Positions 7,730 to 16,672 of a stretch of DNA of 64,000 nucleotides are shown piece after piece (the stretch's first letter is position 1; the number at the start of each line of letters is the position of its first letter). Below the pieces are notes generated by a model. It was given only the letters and a program-made list of their open reading frames with translations. It had not been told where the DNA came from and did no database searches. Both the position numbers and the translations under genes were made by a program. The stretch spans positions 248,001-312,000 of the IMG/VR virus record IMGVR_UViG_3300033997_000478; one strand, written 5' to 3'.

Positions 7730-10480
7730 GTGTCACAGGCGCAATACAAAATCTACCTCAGCAAGGTGTTTAGCCTCGCCAAGACTCTGGTGGTCAAAAG
7801 TTCCGCTGCGGCACGGGCTATCAATACCGAGCTGGTGCGGTTGGGACACACCATCAATGAGAACGATCCGGCGAGCTGGAAGTACTATCTCCACCTGAAC
7901 GGTGAGTACCATTACACTGACCGGGTGATGAAGATCACGTCACTGGATACGCAATCAGAAATAACTTTTAACAAGAATGCCCTTACGGTACATTTGGCCA
8001 CTGCGCGTGAGTACGCCAGTGGCGGACAGTACTACAAGACCCTGGTCAGTCAGTTCCCCGACCAAGAGGATCTGATTCGCGGCATTCTCAATCCAGTGGA
8101 CATCTCCACGGCCATTGCGGCCGAGGACGGACAGATCCTGTACTACAATCCGGCTCTGGTGGAAGAGAATGAGGAAAACCTCATCCCCAAGCTGGAGCAA
8201 TGGTGCAAAGACTTCTCCCGGCGTTGGTTCGTTCGAGCCTACACGCTGGTGGATGATCTGTACGTGGCTGCACACCTGAGTACGATGTACACGCTCATCC
8301 CCATGGTGGTGACGAGCATTCGGGCGGCCAATTGTCATACCAATTACGCGCACTCCTTCCATATCCGCGAGTATCTGAACAGTCATCAGTACTTGGGTGA
8401 TGAGGTTGACTACCTCACCACCAAGCAACGGCTGTGGCTGTATCGGCAGATTCGCTTCCTCGAGCGCAATGCCGGTAAGCAGTCCACGTTCAAGGAGCTG
8501 GTCAAGAACCTGCTCACCGAACGCAACCTGCCGCTGTCGGAATGGAACATGCGACATGACCTGAGCAAGATGCCTGATGAAGAGCTGGGGCCCCGAGCCT
8601 CGTTCTATCGGGAATCGCTCAACATGGACCTGAGCATTGCCGGTGTGGAAACCCGCAACATCACCGAGATGCTCGAGGCGGAGATTCCGGTAGCGCGTAA
8701 CAACGAACGGGCCATCCAGGACAACGTCACTGACATCCGCAAGAAGATCGAACACAGCCAGGGTGATTTCCTCAAGACCAAGGTCTTGGAATCCTCGGTG
8801 CTGGATCTGTCTGATGCTGGTTACTTCTCACTGGCTGACACCATGCTCAACCATTGGCTGTACCTGTCCCAAGTGGGGCGGTACACGGCAGTGATCAGTG
8901 TGGAGAATCCGGCCAACGGTGGCAACTTGGTGCTCTCGGCCAAGGAAGCGTTCATTGTCTTCCTGTACGTGTTCAACAAGTCGATGGGCATTGAGCTGGT
9001 GGACGTACCGGTGTTGCAAGCCAACAACGTGCGTAAGCTATCCACGCCGCTGCGCCCTGAGATTGAGGGCATGATCGACAAGAAGCTGTTGAACCCGTAC
9101 GTGGTGGATGGTCTGTACAAGGCGATCGATCTGATCCCGCCGATCATCTCTACCGAAGCGTTCAACCGCACGGTGGCCAAGATCCACGAGGGCTTGCAGA
9201 TTCATCGCTGGATCTGGACGACCCGTGAACATAAGGACGAGCGCGGTCAGGTGGAAGCGGCAGCCATGCACTTCTATCACGACTGGACCTGCCGACTGGA
9301 CGCTCCAGAGCTCTACCCGAAATGGCTTTCCGATCGTGGCCTGGACCTGTTGAACCTGACGCGCCTGGAATGCTCGATTCTGGCAGAGCAGCTGATCTCC
9401 CGTGCAACCGGTGCAGATCTGTTCGCTACCTACAGCGTACGTGACATCCAGACTGCCATGCTGCGCCTGATGACGCAGCTGTCCTCGTACTCGATCCAGT
9501 TCCTGCAATCGATCAACCCCTCGCCGATCATCTTCATCGATTGGCAGCCGCCGCGCATCGGCAACATCGAAGCTGACGGTGGTGATGACTTCAACGTGGA
9601 CATGGCAACGGTATACGTGGAGGACATCCACGCCCAAGGCCTGGCCAAGTTTGACATCCAGCAAGTGGGTTGGTTGGATGACATGGACCTGAAGGCGCGC
9701 GGTTACGATCGCATGCGCATCGAGTCGGACATCAACGCCACCATTACCAGCAACACCGGGTACTTCTTCAAGGTTGAGATCCCGCAGATTGACGTGGTGG
9801 GCGATGAGTTCCCTGAGTCGCTGATCACCGACATCACCAAGTACACCGAGCATTACCTGCCACAGGATCGTCAGGATCTGAGTGAAGCCTTTGATCACCT
9901 CAACAGTCCGCATTACGCGCTGACGCAGGCCGATAAGGACGAACTGACCGAACGCTGGAATGAGCGTCCGGCCGATCCGCCGATCACCCTGATCGCAGAG
10001 GGCCTGCAGCTGCCGAACCTGTACGATGAAATCAGTGGCGTCGATGTGATGCGCACGCCCACCCTGACCGGGTCGGTCTCGCTACCCACGATTGACTACC
10101 CGCTGGTTGATGGCAAGATGGAACTGGATACCTTGCTGTATCCGGGCCTGGTCATGGACATCGTGCTGGACGTCTACGGTTATCCGGTACTGCGTGATGT
10201 GGCCGAACTTGATGGCCTGCGTTATCCGATGACCCAGCAGACGCTGGTGCTGGACACGCTGACTTACCCGCATCTGAATATGGCAGGTGAGTTGGACGGG
10301 CTGGATTATCCGGAGTATGTCGACAGCGGCAAGATCTCTGAGTTCACCTATCCGTTCGTGCTGGCCTTCAACGCACTGGATGGTCTGTCCTTCGGTCTGA
10401 ACGGCTCCATGTCGTTCAACACGCTGGACTACCCGCCGGTTCCGCCGTTGGATCTGGACACGTTGGATTACCCGCAATAA
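7730..10480 (+). CDS. Baseplate/virion structural protein (phiKZ gp128-like, wedge-type) with C-terminal LDxLxYP repeats
   Basis: GTG start with GGGAG RBS, 916 aa. N-terminus ENDPASWKYYLHLNGEYH fits this family from recall, and it heads the tail block. Confidence 0.65.
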   Translation: MSQAQYKIYLSKVFSLAKTLVVKSSAAARAINTELVRLGHTINENDPASWKYYLHLNGEYHYTDRVMKITSLDTQSEITFNKNALTVHLATAREYASGGQYYKTLVSQFPDQEDLIRGILNPVDISTAIAAEDGQILYYNPALVEENEENLIPKLEQWCKDFSRRWFVRAYTLVDDLYVAAHLSTMYTLIPMVVTSIRAANCHTNYAHSFHIREYLNSHQYLGDEVDYLTTKQRLWLYRQIRFLERNAGKQSTFKELVKNLLTERNLPLSEWNMRHDLSKMPDEELGPRASFYRESLNMDLSIAGVETRNITEMLEAEIPVARNNERAIQDNVTDIRKKIEHSQGDFLKTKVLESSVLDLSDAGYFSLADTMLNHWLYLSQVGRYTAVISVENPANGGNLVLSAKEAFIVFLYVFNKSMGIELVDVPVLQANNVRKLSTPLRPEIEGMIDKKLLNPYVVDGLYKAIDLIPPIISTEAFNRTVAKIHEGLQIHRWIWTTREHKDERGQVEAAAMHFYHDWTCRLDAPELYPKWLSDRGLDLLNLTRLECSILAEQLISRATGADLFATYSVRDIQTAMLRLMTQLSSYSIQFLQSINPSPIIFIDWQPPRIGNIEADGGDDFNVDMATVYVEDIHAQGLAKFDIQQVGWLDDMDLKARGYDRMRIESDINATITSNTGYFFKVEIPQIDVVGDEFPESLITDITKYTEHYLPQDRQDLSEAFDHLNSPHYALTQADKDELTERWNERPADPPITLIAEGLQLPNLYDEISGVDVMRTPTLTGSVSLPTIDYPLVDGKMELDTLLYPGLVMDIVLDVYGYPVLRDVAELDGLRYPMTQQTLVLDTLTYPHLNMAGELDGLDYPEYVDSGKISEFTYPFVLAFNALDGLSFGLNGSMSFNTLDYPPVPPLDLDTLDYPQ
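10075..10480 (+). repeat. About 10 tandem (L/I)D/x-x-L-x-YP peptide repeats, period about 12-15 aa
   Basis: LPTIDYP, LDTLLYP, LDVYGYP, LDGLRYP, LDTLTYP, LDGLDYP, ISEFTYP, LDGLSFG, FNTLDYP, LDTLDYP in the translation. Confidence 0.85.
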
Positions 10481-10484
10481 GGAC

Positions 10485-10513
10485 AGGCGGGGGTTGAAAG
10501 ACCCCCGCCTTTT
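10485..10513 (+). terminator. Intrinsic terminator-like hairpin (GAAA loop)
   Basis: AGGCGGGGGTT-GAAA-GACCCCCGCCT followed by TTT. Confidence 0.65.
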
Positions 10514-10532
10514 CCCCAGCCAAGAGACTCCC

Positions 10533-10988
10533 ATGCCTACTTCCCTTGATCTGCTGGCCCTGCCGCATGCGCAGGCTGCCAAGCAAATTCTCGCCGAGGC
10601 CCTCAAGCCTGGCGTGGATCCGAACAAGCTTCTTCTGGGCGAAGAGGTTGTCGGTACTGGCAACAAGATGATCCTCCCGGTCTATGTCGATGGCTCTGCC
10701 TTCGTGGACCCGAACTGGAAATTCTACGGAACTGTTGACATGACCTATCAACGTTTGGACCTGCAAGAAAGTCTGGGTCACCTGAATCTGGAGCTGGCTG
10801 TTGGTGCGATGTATACCTCGCGCGAACTGGCCACCCGTATCGGGCAGATCCTCAAGATCGACTTTGAGGATGTGGACTATGTCCACGAAACCCGAGTCAT
10901 GAACGGTCTGAGTGAGAACTACGTACTCAGGGCCGAAGAGAATTCGCCACGCTGGATGGGTCAGGTTTCCATCCGCGTCTTCCGCTAA
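10533..10988 (+). CDS. Baseplate/tail-associated protein (gp130/gp131-like domain), 151 aa
   Basis: Start moved to ATG 10533. The tyrosine/RLDL motif (TYQRLDL) recurs as FNRLDV and FYRRLDI in the ORFs at 10997 and 26915. Confidence 0.6.
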   Translation: MPTSLDLLALPHAQAAKQILAEALKPGVDPNKLLLGEEVVGTGNKMILPVYVDGSAFVDPNWKFYGTVDMTYQRLDLQESLGHLNLELAVGAMYTSRELATRIGQILKIDFEDVDYVHETRVMNGLSENYVLRAEENSPRWMGQVSIRVFR

Positions 10989-10996
10989 GGACGCCC

Positions 10997-12760
10997 ATGC
11001 AAGTCACCACCGAAGACCTGCTCAAGTACAGTGTACGCGGGGCCATCGTCACGATGGTCAACGCAGAGAACGGCACCTTCTTCGATGGAGGTGAGGCGGG
11101 CCAACTGGTCATCTCCGAACCGATCTCTGTGGGTGGTCGCCGCACCGAGGTGGAGCTGTCGATCCGTCGGCGCGTCAGCAAGATCGACGCGCTGCCCTAT
11201 GCGGGCAAGATCGCCTTCCGCTTCAATCGACTGGACGTGAGCGGCACGCTCTCTGGCACGCTGGCTGGTTTCTACCCGCCCCTGCCGACGTCAACGCGCA
11301 TCCTGCTTGATGAGATGACCAAGCGCTCAGGCATTGTCTTTGAAGACGATGACTTTGTGCTGGAAGACATCATCCGCAGCAATGCGGCACCTTATGTCCT
11401 GAAGGCCAAGCGCGAGTCGCTGCGCTGGATTGGTCAGATGGAGATTCCGCTGCTGAACCTGATTGACCTGCAGCAACTGGTTCGCCAGGGCATGGGGTCG
11501 CAGGTGCCACAGTTGGATCAATCCCGTCAACTGGTCGCTGCTGAAGACAACCAACCTTACCTCAATGCCACCCCGCTGCTGGAACGGCTTGATGCGATCC
11601 TGCTCAACTCCCCCGTGGTAGACACCACCCATCCCTTGGTGGATGTGGTCAGGGGCGTCGTGCCGGAGTTGGGTCAATACCTGCAAAGCTCACCCACGCC
11701 GTGGGACGTGCGTTCGGGTAACAGCGGTTACAACCTGCGCGGCGCCATGTTGGTCTCGCGTGATGTGGCGGCAGATAACGCCAACACCATCAACCCTGCG
11801 CTGAACCTGACGGCTACTGTCCGTTTGGCTGCGGCCGATACGATGTACCTGAGTAAGGACATCGTCATTCCCTATGCGCGTCTGAGCTTTGGTAGTAGCG
11901 ACTTTGATGACGCTCCGCGCCTGACTACCTCGGCGGTTATCAACGCCAGTGACGCCACAGCTTGGAATGCGTGGGTCAACAGCCTGCAAGTGGGCACGTT
12001 GATCACCTCACTGCCGGCAGGAATGGATCTGCGCTGGAGTGGTCCGGAGCAGTGGGTTGCCAATGCCGCCGCGCCCAGTCGCACCAACCTGTATGGCTGC
12101 GGTATCCTGTACAACGGTCCGCGTCGTGGTTACGATCCGTCTCCGTACTACAACCGCTGCAACCGCGTCTTGGCCTTGGCCATGTCGTTGAACAACACCG
12201 CCTACCGCGGTACGTACATCATCCACTACCGGGCACCGATCATCCTCAATGAGGTGATTCCCAATATCGTGGCTGGCGTACCCTTCGACTTTGACTTCAA
12301 TCCCACCGAAGGTCAAGCACCTTACACGGTGCGTCATGTGTCCGGCTCACTTCCTCCGGGTTTGAGCATCGGCAGTGACAACCATCTCACCGGCACGGTG
12401 CAGGTGGAGGGCAACTACAGCTTTGGTGTGGAAGTCACCGATGGTCGCGGCGTCAAGGTGGGCTACACCTACAGTACGATCTCCCGCATTGCGCCGTTGG
12501 TGATCAGTGGTCTGCCCACGGCCGCGCGTATCGGTCAACCCTACAGCTTCAGCTTCACTGTCAGCGGCGGCGTGCCGCCGTACGACTTCAACATCGCCAG
12601 CGGTTCGCTGGGTCCGGGTCTGTCTTTGCCGGATCTTCGCCAACCCACCATCTCCGGTACGCCGCAGGCACCTGCGGGCACACGTACCTTCATCATCGAG
12701 GTCAACGACGCACGCAGTGTCTCGGCGACCACGAACGCATCCCTTACGGTCAACTCATGA
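10997..12760 (+). CDS. Tail-associated protein with a gp131-like N-terminus and two C-terminal Ig-like (He_PIG-type) domains
   Basis: G.APY....SGSLPPGLSI....LTGT and GGVPPYDF.IASGSLGPGLSL.....ISGTP motifs. Confidence 0.7.
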   Translation: MQVTTEDLLKYSVRGAIVTMVNAENGTFFDGGEAGQLVISEPISVGGRRTEVELSIRRRVSKIDALPYAGKIAFRFNRLDVSGTLSGTLAGFYPPLPTSTRILLDEMTKRSGIVFEDDDFVLEDIIRSNAAPYVLKAKRESLRWIGQMEIPLLNLIDLQQLVRQGMGSQVPQLDQSRQLVAAEDNQPYLNATPLLERLDAILLNSPVVDTTHPLVDVVRGVVPELGQYLQSSPTPWDVRSGNSGYNLRGAMLVSRDVAADNANTINPALNLTATVRLAAADTMYLSKDIVIPYARLSFGSSDFDDAPRLTTSAVINASDATAWNAWVNSLQVGTLITSLPAGMDLRWSGPEQWVANAAAPSRTNLYGCGILYNGPRRGYDPSPYYNRCNRVLALAMSLNNTAYRGTYIIHYRAPIILNEVIPNIVAGVPFDFDFNPTEGQAPYTVRHVSGSLPPGLSIGSDNHLTGTVQVEGNYSFGVEVTDGRGVKVGYTYSTISRIAPLVISGLPTAARIGQPYSFSFTVSGGVPPYDFNIASGSLGPGLSLPDLRQPTISGTPQAPAGTRTFIIEVNDARSVSATTNASLTVNS

Positions 12761-13320
12761 GTAAGCTCAATCAACTCAGTGCGCTGGGGAAAACCGCACT
12801 GGAAGCAGTGGTGGAGATGTTCTTCTCCGTGTTCACTCGTGAACTGGATCGCAACCATGTTCGCTTCGAACTGGATGTGGCCAATTCCGAACTGATCATC
12901 ACCTCACTGGATCAAACCGCCAGTGGCGCTACGGGCATCTACCGGGGTACGGCGCGAGTGCCGTACCTGAAGGCTGACCTCTCGCAGGTCTGCCCCTACC
13001 CCTTGGCTGTGCAAACCACCTATCCGGTTACGTTCCGGGAATTGCGTGCGCAGCTGCGCAGTCGTTACGACATCATCTTGGAACAAGGTGAGATGGCTGC
13101 CAAACTCAATGGTACGCCGCTCACTGACGAGATGACCATCAGCGAACCCCTCATGGCCGAATACGGTCAGTTCAAGCTCTACGCCACCCAGTTCTCTGGG
13201 CGCTATCGGGCAGGCACCAGCATGACGCTGATCTTCATCCAGCCCAACAAACGCGTACCGCTGAGCGCCCTACTCGACTTGGAGAATGCCCTGTCGATGA
13301 AACCGCTCATGGTCCGTTGA
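12757..13320 (+). CDS. Virion/tail hypothetical protein (187 aa)
   Basis: ATGA overlap with the previous gene. Lies within the tail operon. Confidence 0.7.
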   Translation: MSKLNQLSALGKTALEAVVEMFFSVFTRELDRNHVRFELDVANSELIITSLDQTASGATGIYRGTARVPYLKADLSQVCPYPLAVQTTYPVTFRELRAQLRSRYDIILEQGEMAAKLNGTPLTDEMTISEPLMAEYGQFKLYATQFSGRYRAGTSMTLIFIQPNKRVPLSALLDLENALSMKPLMVR

Positions 13321-13329
13321 GGAGACTCC

Positions 13330-15321
13330 ATGGCAGGTAACAAGACCATCTACAACAGCACCTTCCAGGAGGTGCTGCTGGAGACGCTCTACCGTACCAC
13401 GGCATGGAATGCACGCCAGTTGGCCGACAACGTCAACATCGCCTTCCAAGCCTTCCCGAACTACACCCAGTGGACACTCACCCCCACCCCTGCCGGTACG
13501 GTAGCAGGTCTGGTGAACTCCACCACGGGTCGGTTCAACAAGCAGAACCTGAGTAACCGCTTCCCGCAGGACATGTGTTACAGCGCCCTGTATCCAGCCA
13601 ACTTTGAAACGATTGCCAGTTTCTTCCTGACCTCCTACGACCTGCTGGTTGAACCTGGCTGCTGGCGTCTGGTCAAGGGCAATCGTTCGATCGTGCTGGA
13701 TGAGTTGGCGTGGGTCGACTTTGATCTGTCTGACACCCGTTCGATTCGGATGGAAGTCACCGACAGTCACCCGCTGTTTGCACCGGGCACGGGCTTCCCC
13801 CTGCTGGTGACCGGTTCGACCAATTCGATCTCCCCGCTGACGGCGCGCCTGAACGGACCCACCCAAGGCGCAGTCGGACAGAACCTGGTCAAGGAGCTGT
13901 ACATCCTGGGCGGGCGTTCGCCGTACACGGTAACCCTCAAGTCAGGCACCCCACCGGTGCCGCTGCGTACCAATCCCTTCCGACTGGAAGGTGTCCCCAC
14001 TACCGATGGTCTTTACACCTTCGTGTTGCATGTGGAAGATGCCGACGGACGTTGGGTTGATGTGGAGGGTAGCTGCGACATCGCCCTGAATGCTTTCACA
14101 GTCAGTGGCACGCTCCCCAACGGTACGGTCGGTCAATCCTACACAGGCCAGCTGACTTTCAGTGGCGGTGTGATGCCCTACACTCTAGTCTCCCAGTCCG
14201 GTGTTCCACTGGGCTTGGAAGTGGGTGTGGATGGATTCATCTCTGGTATTCCCGACGCAGGTACTTACGCACCCAAGATCGTGTTCAAGGACGCGATGAA
14301 TCGTCAAGCCACGTTCAATGGTTCGATGACCATCGCCGGTCGCTCTGATCGCGCCGTTGCTCAGCTGACGCTGGACGGTCTGACTGAGTGGGTGGACTTT
14401 GAAGGCGGTGTGGTCTCCGGCGTTAAGCCGGTGTCTTACATCAGCGCATCGCCATGGGCCAACAAGGTTACCAATGGTGCCGACGTGCGTGGCCCTCGAG
14501 TGGCTGCGTACAAGATCAACGATGGTTACTTCCAGCAGACCGCGCAGGTGCGTAAGGATGGTGCCATCGCCATCGGTCTGTGGTTGGAAGCTGACGACTA
14601 TCCGGTCGGTTCGTGTATTGCCAGTTGCCGTGACGGTAACGGCGGTTGGGAGTTGTCGGTGGGCGACTCTGACAGCAAGCAGCTGCGCTTTACCTTGAAC
14701 ATCAATGGTAACTGGCGGGCCATCACGATTTCCGATCCCGCGCCTCCGTCCAACGGAGAGTGGTCGTACTACGTGCTGCAGTTTGCAGACAACTACGTGG
14801 CGGCTTTCCGCAACGGTCGTCTGCTGACCTCGGCCAAAGAAGTGGGTCAGTATTTCGATGCTGATACGGCGTTGCTCACCATCGGGCGGCGCTCCAACAA
14901 TCTCACCGGTTGGCAATGGGTGGGTAAGATCGGCAAACTGACGCTCAGCGATGAACGTCTGTGGGCTGATCAACAAAAGCAGCTGTACAACGCGGGTAAG
15001 GGGGTTACGATTCGTGACCTCAAGAACGCGGCCAATGTCTCGACTCCCGCTCAAGTACGCGTCACCGGTTCCCTTAGCAATGGAGTTGTCGGTGCGTTGT
15101 ATCGTGAAGAGTTGCAGATCACAGGCGGAGCAGCACGGCAGACGACGCGACGTTTGCTGGGCACGGTTCCACCTGGACTGTCGGTAGTGACCACCGATCC
15201 CGATCGACTGGTAATCACCGGCACGCCCACGATGGCGGGGAACTTCTCCTCCTTCTGGGTGATCGTCAGTCAAGAAGACGTCGTTGGTTTTGACCTCAAC
15301 ATCAACGTGGTTTCCGGATAA
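13330..15321 (+). CDS. Tail-associated protein with Ig-like repeats and a LamG/concanavalin-like lectin domain
   Basis: GGAG RBS. He_PIG-like GGRSPY and GGVMPY repeats. LamG-type pattern AIGLWL...WSYYVLQF...FRNGRL...LTIG...WVGKIGKLTLSD. Confidence 0.7.
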   Translation: MAGNKTIYNSTFQEVLLETLYRTTAWNARQLADNVNIAFQAFPNYTQWTLTPTPAGTVAGLVNSTTGRFNKQNLSNRFPQDMCYSALYPANFETIASFFLTSYDLLVEPGCWRLVKGNRSIVLDELAWVDFDLSDTRSIRMEVTDSHPLFAPGTGFPLLVTGSTNSISPLTARLNGPTQGAVGQNLVKELYILGGRSPYTVTLKSGTPPVPLRTNPFRLEGVPTTDGLYTFVLHVEDADGRWVDVEGSCDIALNAFTVSGTLPNGTVGQSYTGQLTFSGGVMPYTLVSQSGVPLGLEVGVDGFISGIPDAGTYAPKIVFKDAMNRQATFNGSMTIAGRSDRAVAQLTLDGLTEWVDFEGGVVSGVKPVSYISASPWANKVTNGADVRGPRVAAYKINDGYFQQTAQVRKDGAIAIGLWLEADDYPVGSCIASCRDGNGGWELSVGDSDSKQLRFTLNINGNWRAITISDPAPPSNGEWSYYVLQFADNYVAAFRNGRLLTSAKEVGQYFDADTALLTIGRRSNNLTGWQWVGKIGKLTLSDERLWADQQKQLYNAGKGVTIRDLKNAANVSTPAQVRVTGSLSNGVVGALYREELQITGGAARQTTRRLLGTVPPGLSVVTTDPDRLVITGTPTMAGNFSSFWVIVSQEDVVGFDLNINVVSG

Positions 15322-15326
15322 GACGA

Positions 15327-15359
15327 CATAACGCCCCCTCCTTCGGGAGGGGGTTTATG
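15327..15359. terminator. CATAA..TTATG-flanked hairpin element
   Basis: CATAA-C-GCCCCCTCC-TTCG-GGAGGGGGT-TTATG. Confidence 0.75.
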
Positions 15360-15439
15360 CTGCCCTTTTTTCTTAGTCCTATCTTGTGTGCGCCGCTGTT
15401 GCGGCTAAGAATTTCTTCGCCCTCTTTGAGGAATGTTGC

Positions 15440-16609
15440 ATGTCCAACCATAATCCGATTGCCGCGCTGATGCATGCCCTGAGCAGCCTGCCTGTGCACC
15501 CCAACATCCAGGGTTTGAAGTATGTCATCGTCGATACCGTCAACGGTCCGCGTCGGTTGGACTTCAACGAACTGGTCACCCCGCCCAACCTGAACTTCTC
15601 GCCTGAGTTGATCGGCAAGAAGGTGCTGGAACTGGAAGGTCGTATCGATCAGTTGCAGGCCACGCAGGTCGAACTGGAACCGCTCTACGAAGACGTCAAG
15701 CCGTTTGAGCCGGAAGAGTCGGTGGCCATCGGCGACTGCGCCCTTGCCAATGGCTCCAAGGACCGCCACAACGTCGCTGTAGGCGCTTTCGCTGGCTACG
15801 CGCTGGAAGGTAGCGGCAACGTGGTCATCGGCCCGTATGCGGCCACTGGTGTGAACTACGAGCTGGATAACAGCGTGGTCATCGGCAGTGCAGCGCTGCC
15901 TGACGCAGAGCTGGACCTGACCAACGTCATCGTGGTGGGTGCGCATGCGCGTGCCACTGGTTCCAACCAGTTCGTACTTGGCCATAGCGGTACTGACGCA
16001 TACAACCTCAGCGGCCTGCATCGTCGTGCCGACGTGCGCGATTTCACCAGCATCGAAGATCTGGACTTGGGTCTGGACTTCATCTTGCAGGTCCCGGTGA
16101 TCCAGTATCAGGTCGATCCGCGTGAAGCGTACATCGACTGGTCCACCAAACCCGAAGAGCCGCAGTCGCCAGGCCCGGAACCGGAGCCTGTCACGCTGGC
16201 TGACTCCCAAGAAGCGATCATCGCCTACAACTGCCGCAAGGCACAGTGGGACCGCGATCAGAAGCAGTACACGCTGGACATGGCCAATTATGTCAGCGAA
16301 CTGAACGAGTGGTCGCGCGTTAACAACCTGGCCAACATCGAACGTACTGGCGAGTTCGCCGGTAAGCGTACGCATTACGGCTACAACGGTCGTGCCTTGC
16401 TGGACCTGTGTGAGCGCTTCGGCGTCAACCCGGCTCTGGTGCAAGATCATGCCGTGGCAGAAGGCGATGCACAGATCACGGTCAACGACGCCCACTTGGT
16501 GCCGGTGTTGATCCGCGCTGTGCAGCAACTGCACAAAACCATGCACAGCCCCGAGTACATCGACACGCTGATCAGCGCCATCGAAACCAAGAAGAACGCG
16601 TCGTCCTAA
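15440..16609 (+). CDS. Short fibre/adhesin with YadA-like head repeats and a degenerate S74-like chaperone domain, 389 aa
   Basis: Start ATG 15440 (GAGGA RBS). SVAIG, NVAVG, NVVIG, SVVIG and VIVVG repeats, then ADVRD...VIQY...HYG...LVPVLIRAVQQL. Confidence 0.6.
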   Translation: MSNHNPIAALMHALSSLPVHPNIQGLKYVIVDTVNGPRRLDFNELVTPPNLNFSPELIGKKVLELEGRIDQLQATQVELEPLYEDVKPFEPEESVAIGDCALANGSKDRHNVAVGAFAGYALEGSGNVVIGPYAATGVNYELDNSVVIGSAALPDAELDLTNVIVVGAHARATGSNQFVLGHSGTDAYNLSGLHRRADVRDFTSIEDLDLGLDFILQVPVIQYQVDPREAYIDWSTKPEEPQSPGPEPEPVTLADSQEAIIAYNCRKAQWDRDQKQYTLDMANYVSELNEWSRVNNLANIERTGEFAGKRTHYGYNGRALLDLCERFGVNPALVQDHAVAEGDAQITVNDAHLVPVLIRAVQQLHKTMHSPEYIDTLISAIETKKNASS

Positions 16610-16672
16610 GGGGCGACCGTTTTTCCCGGCTCGGATTTGAGTAATTTTCTACACCAAAAAGGTACGTGACAC

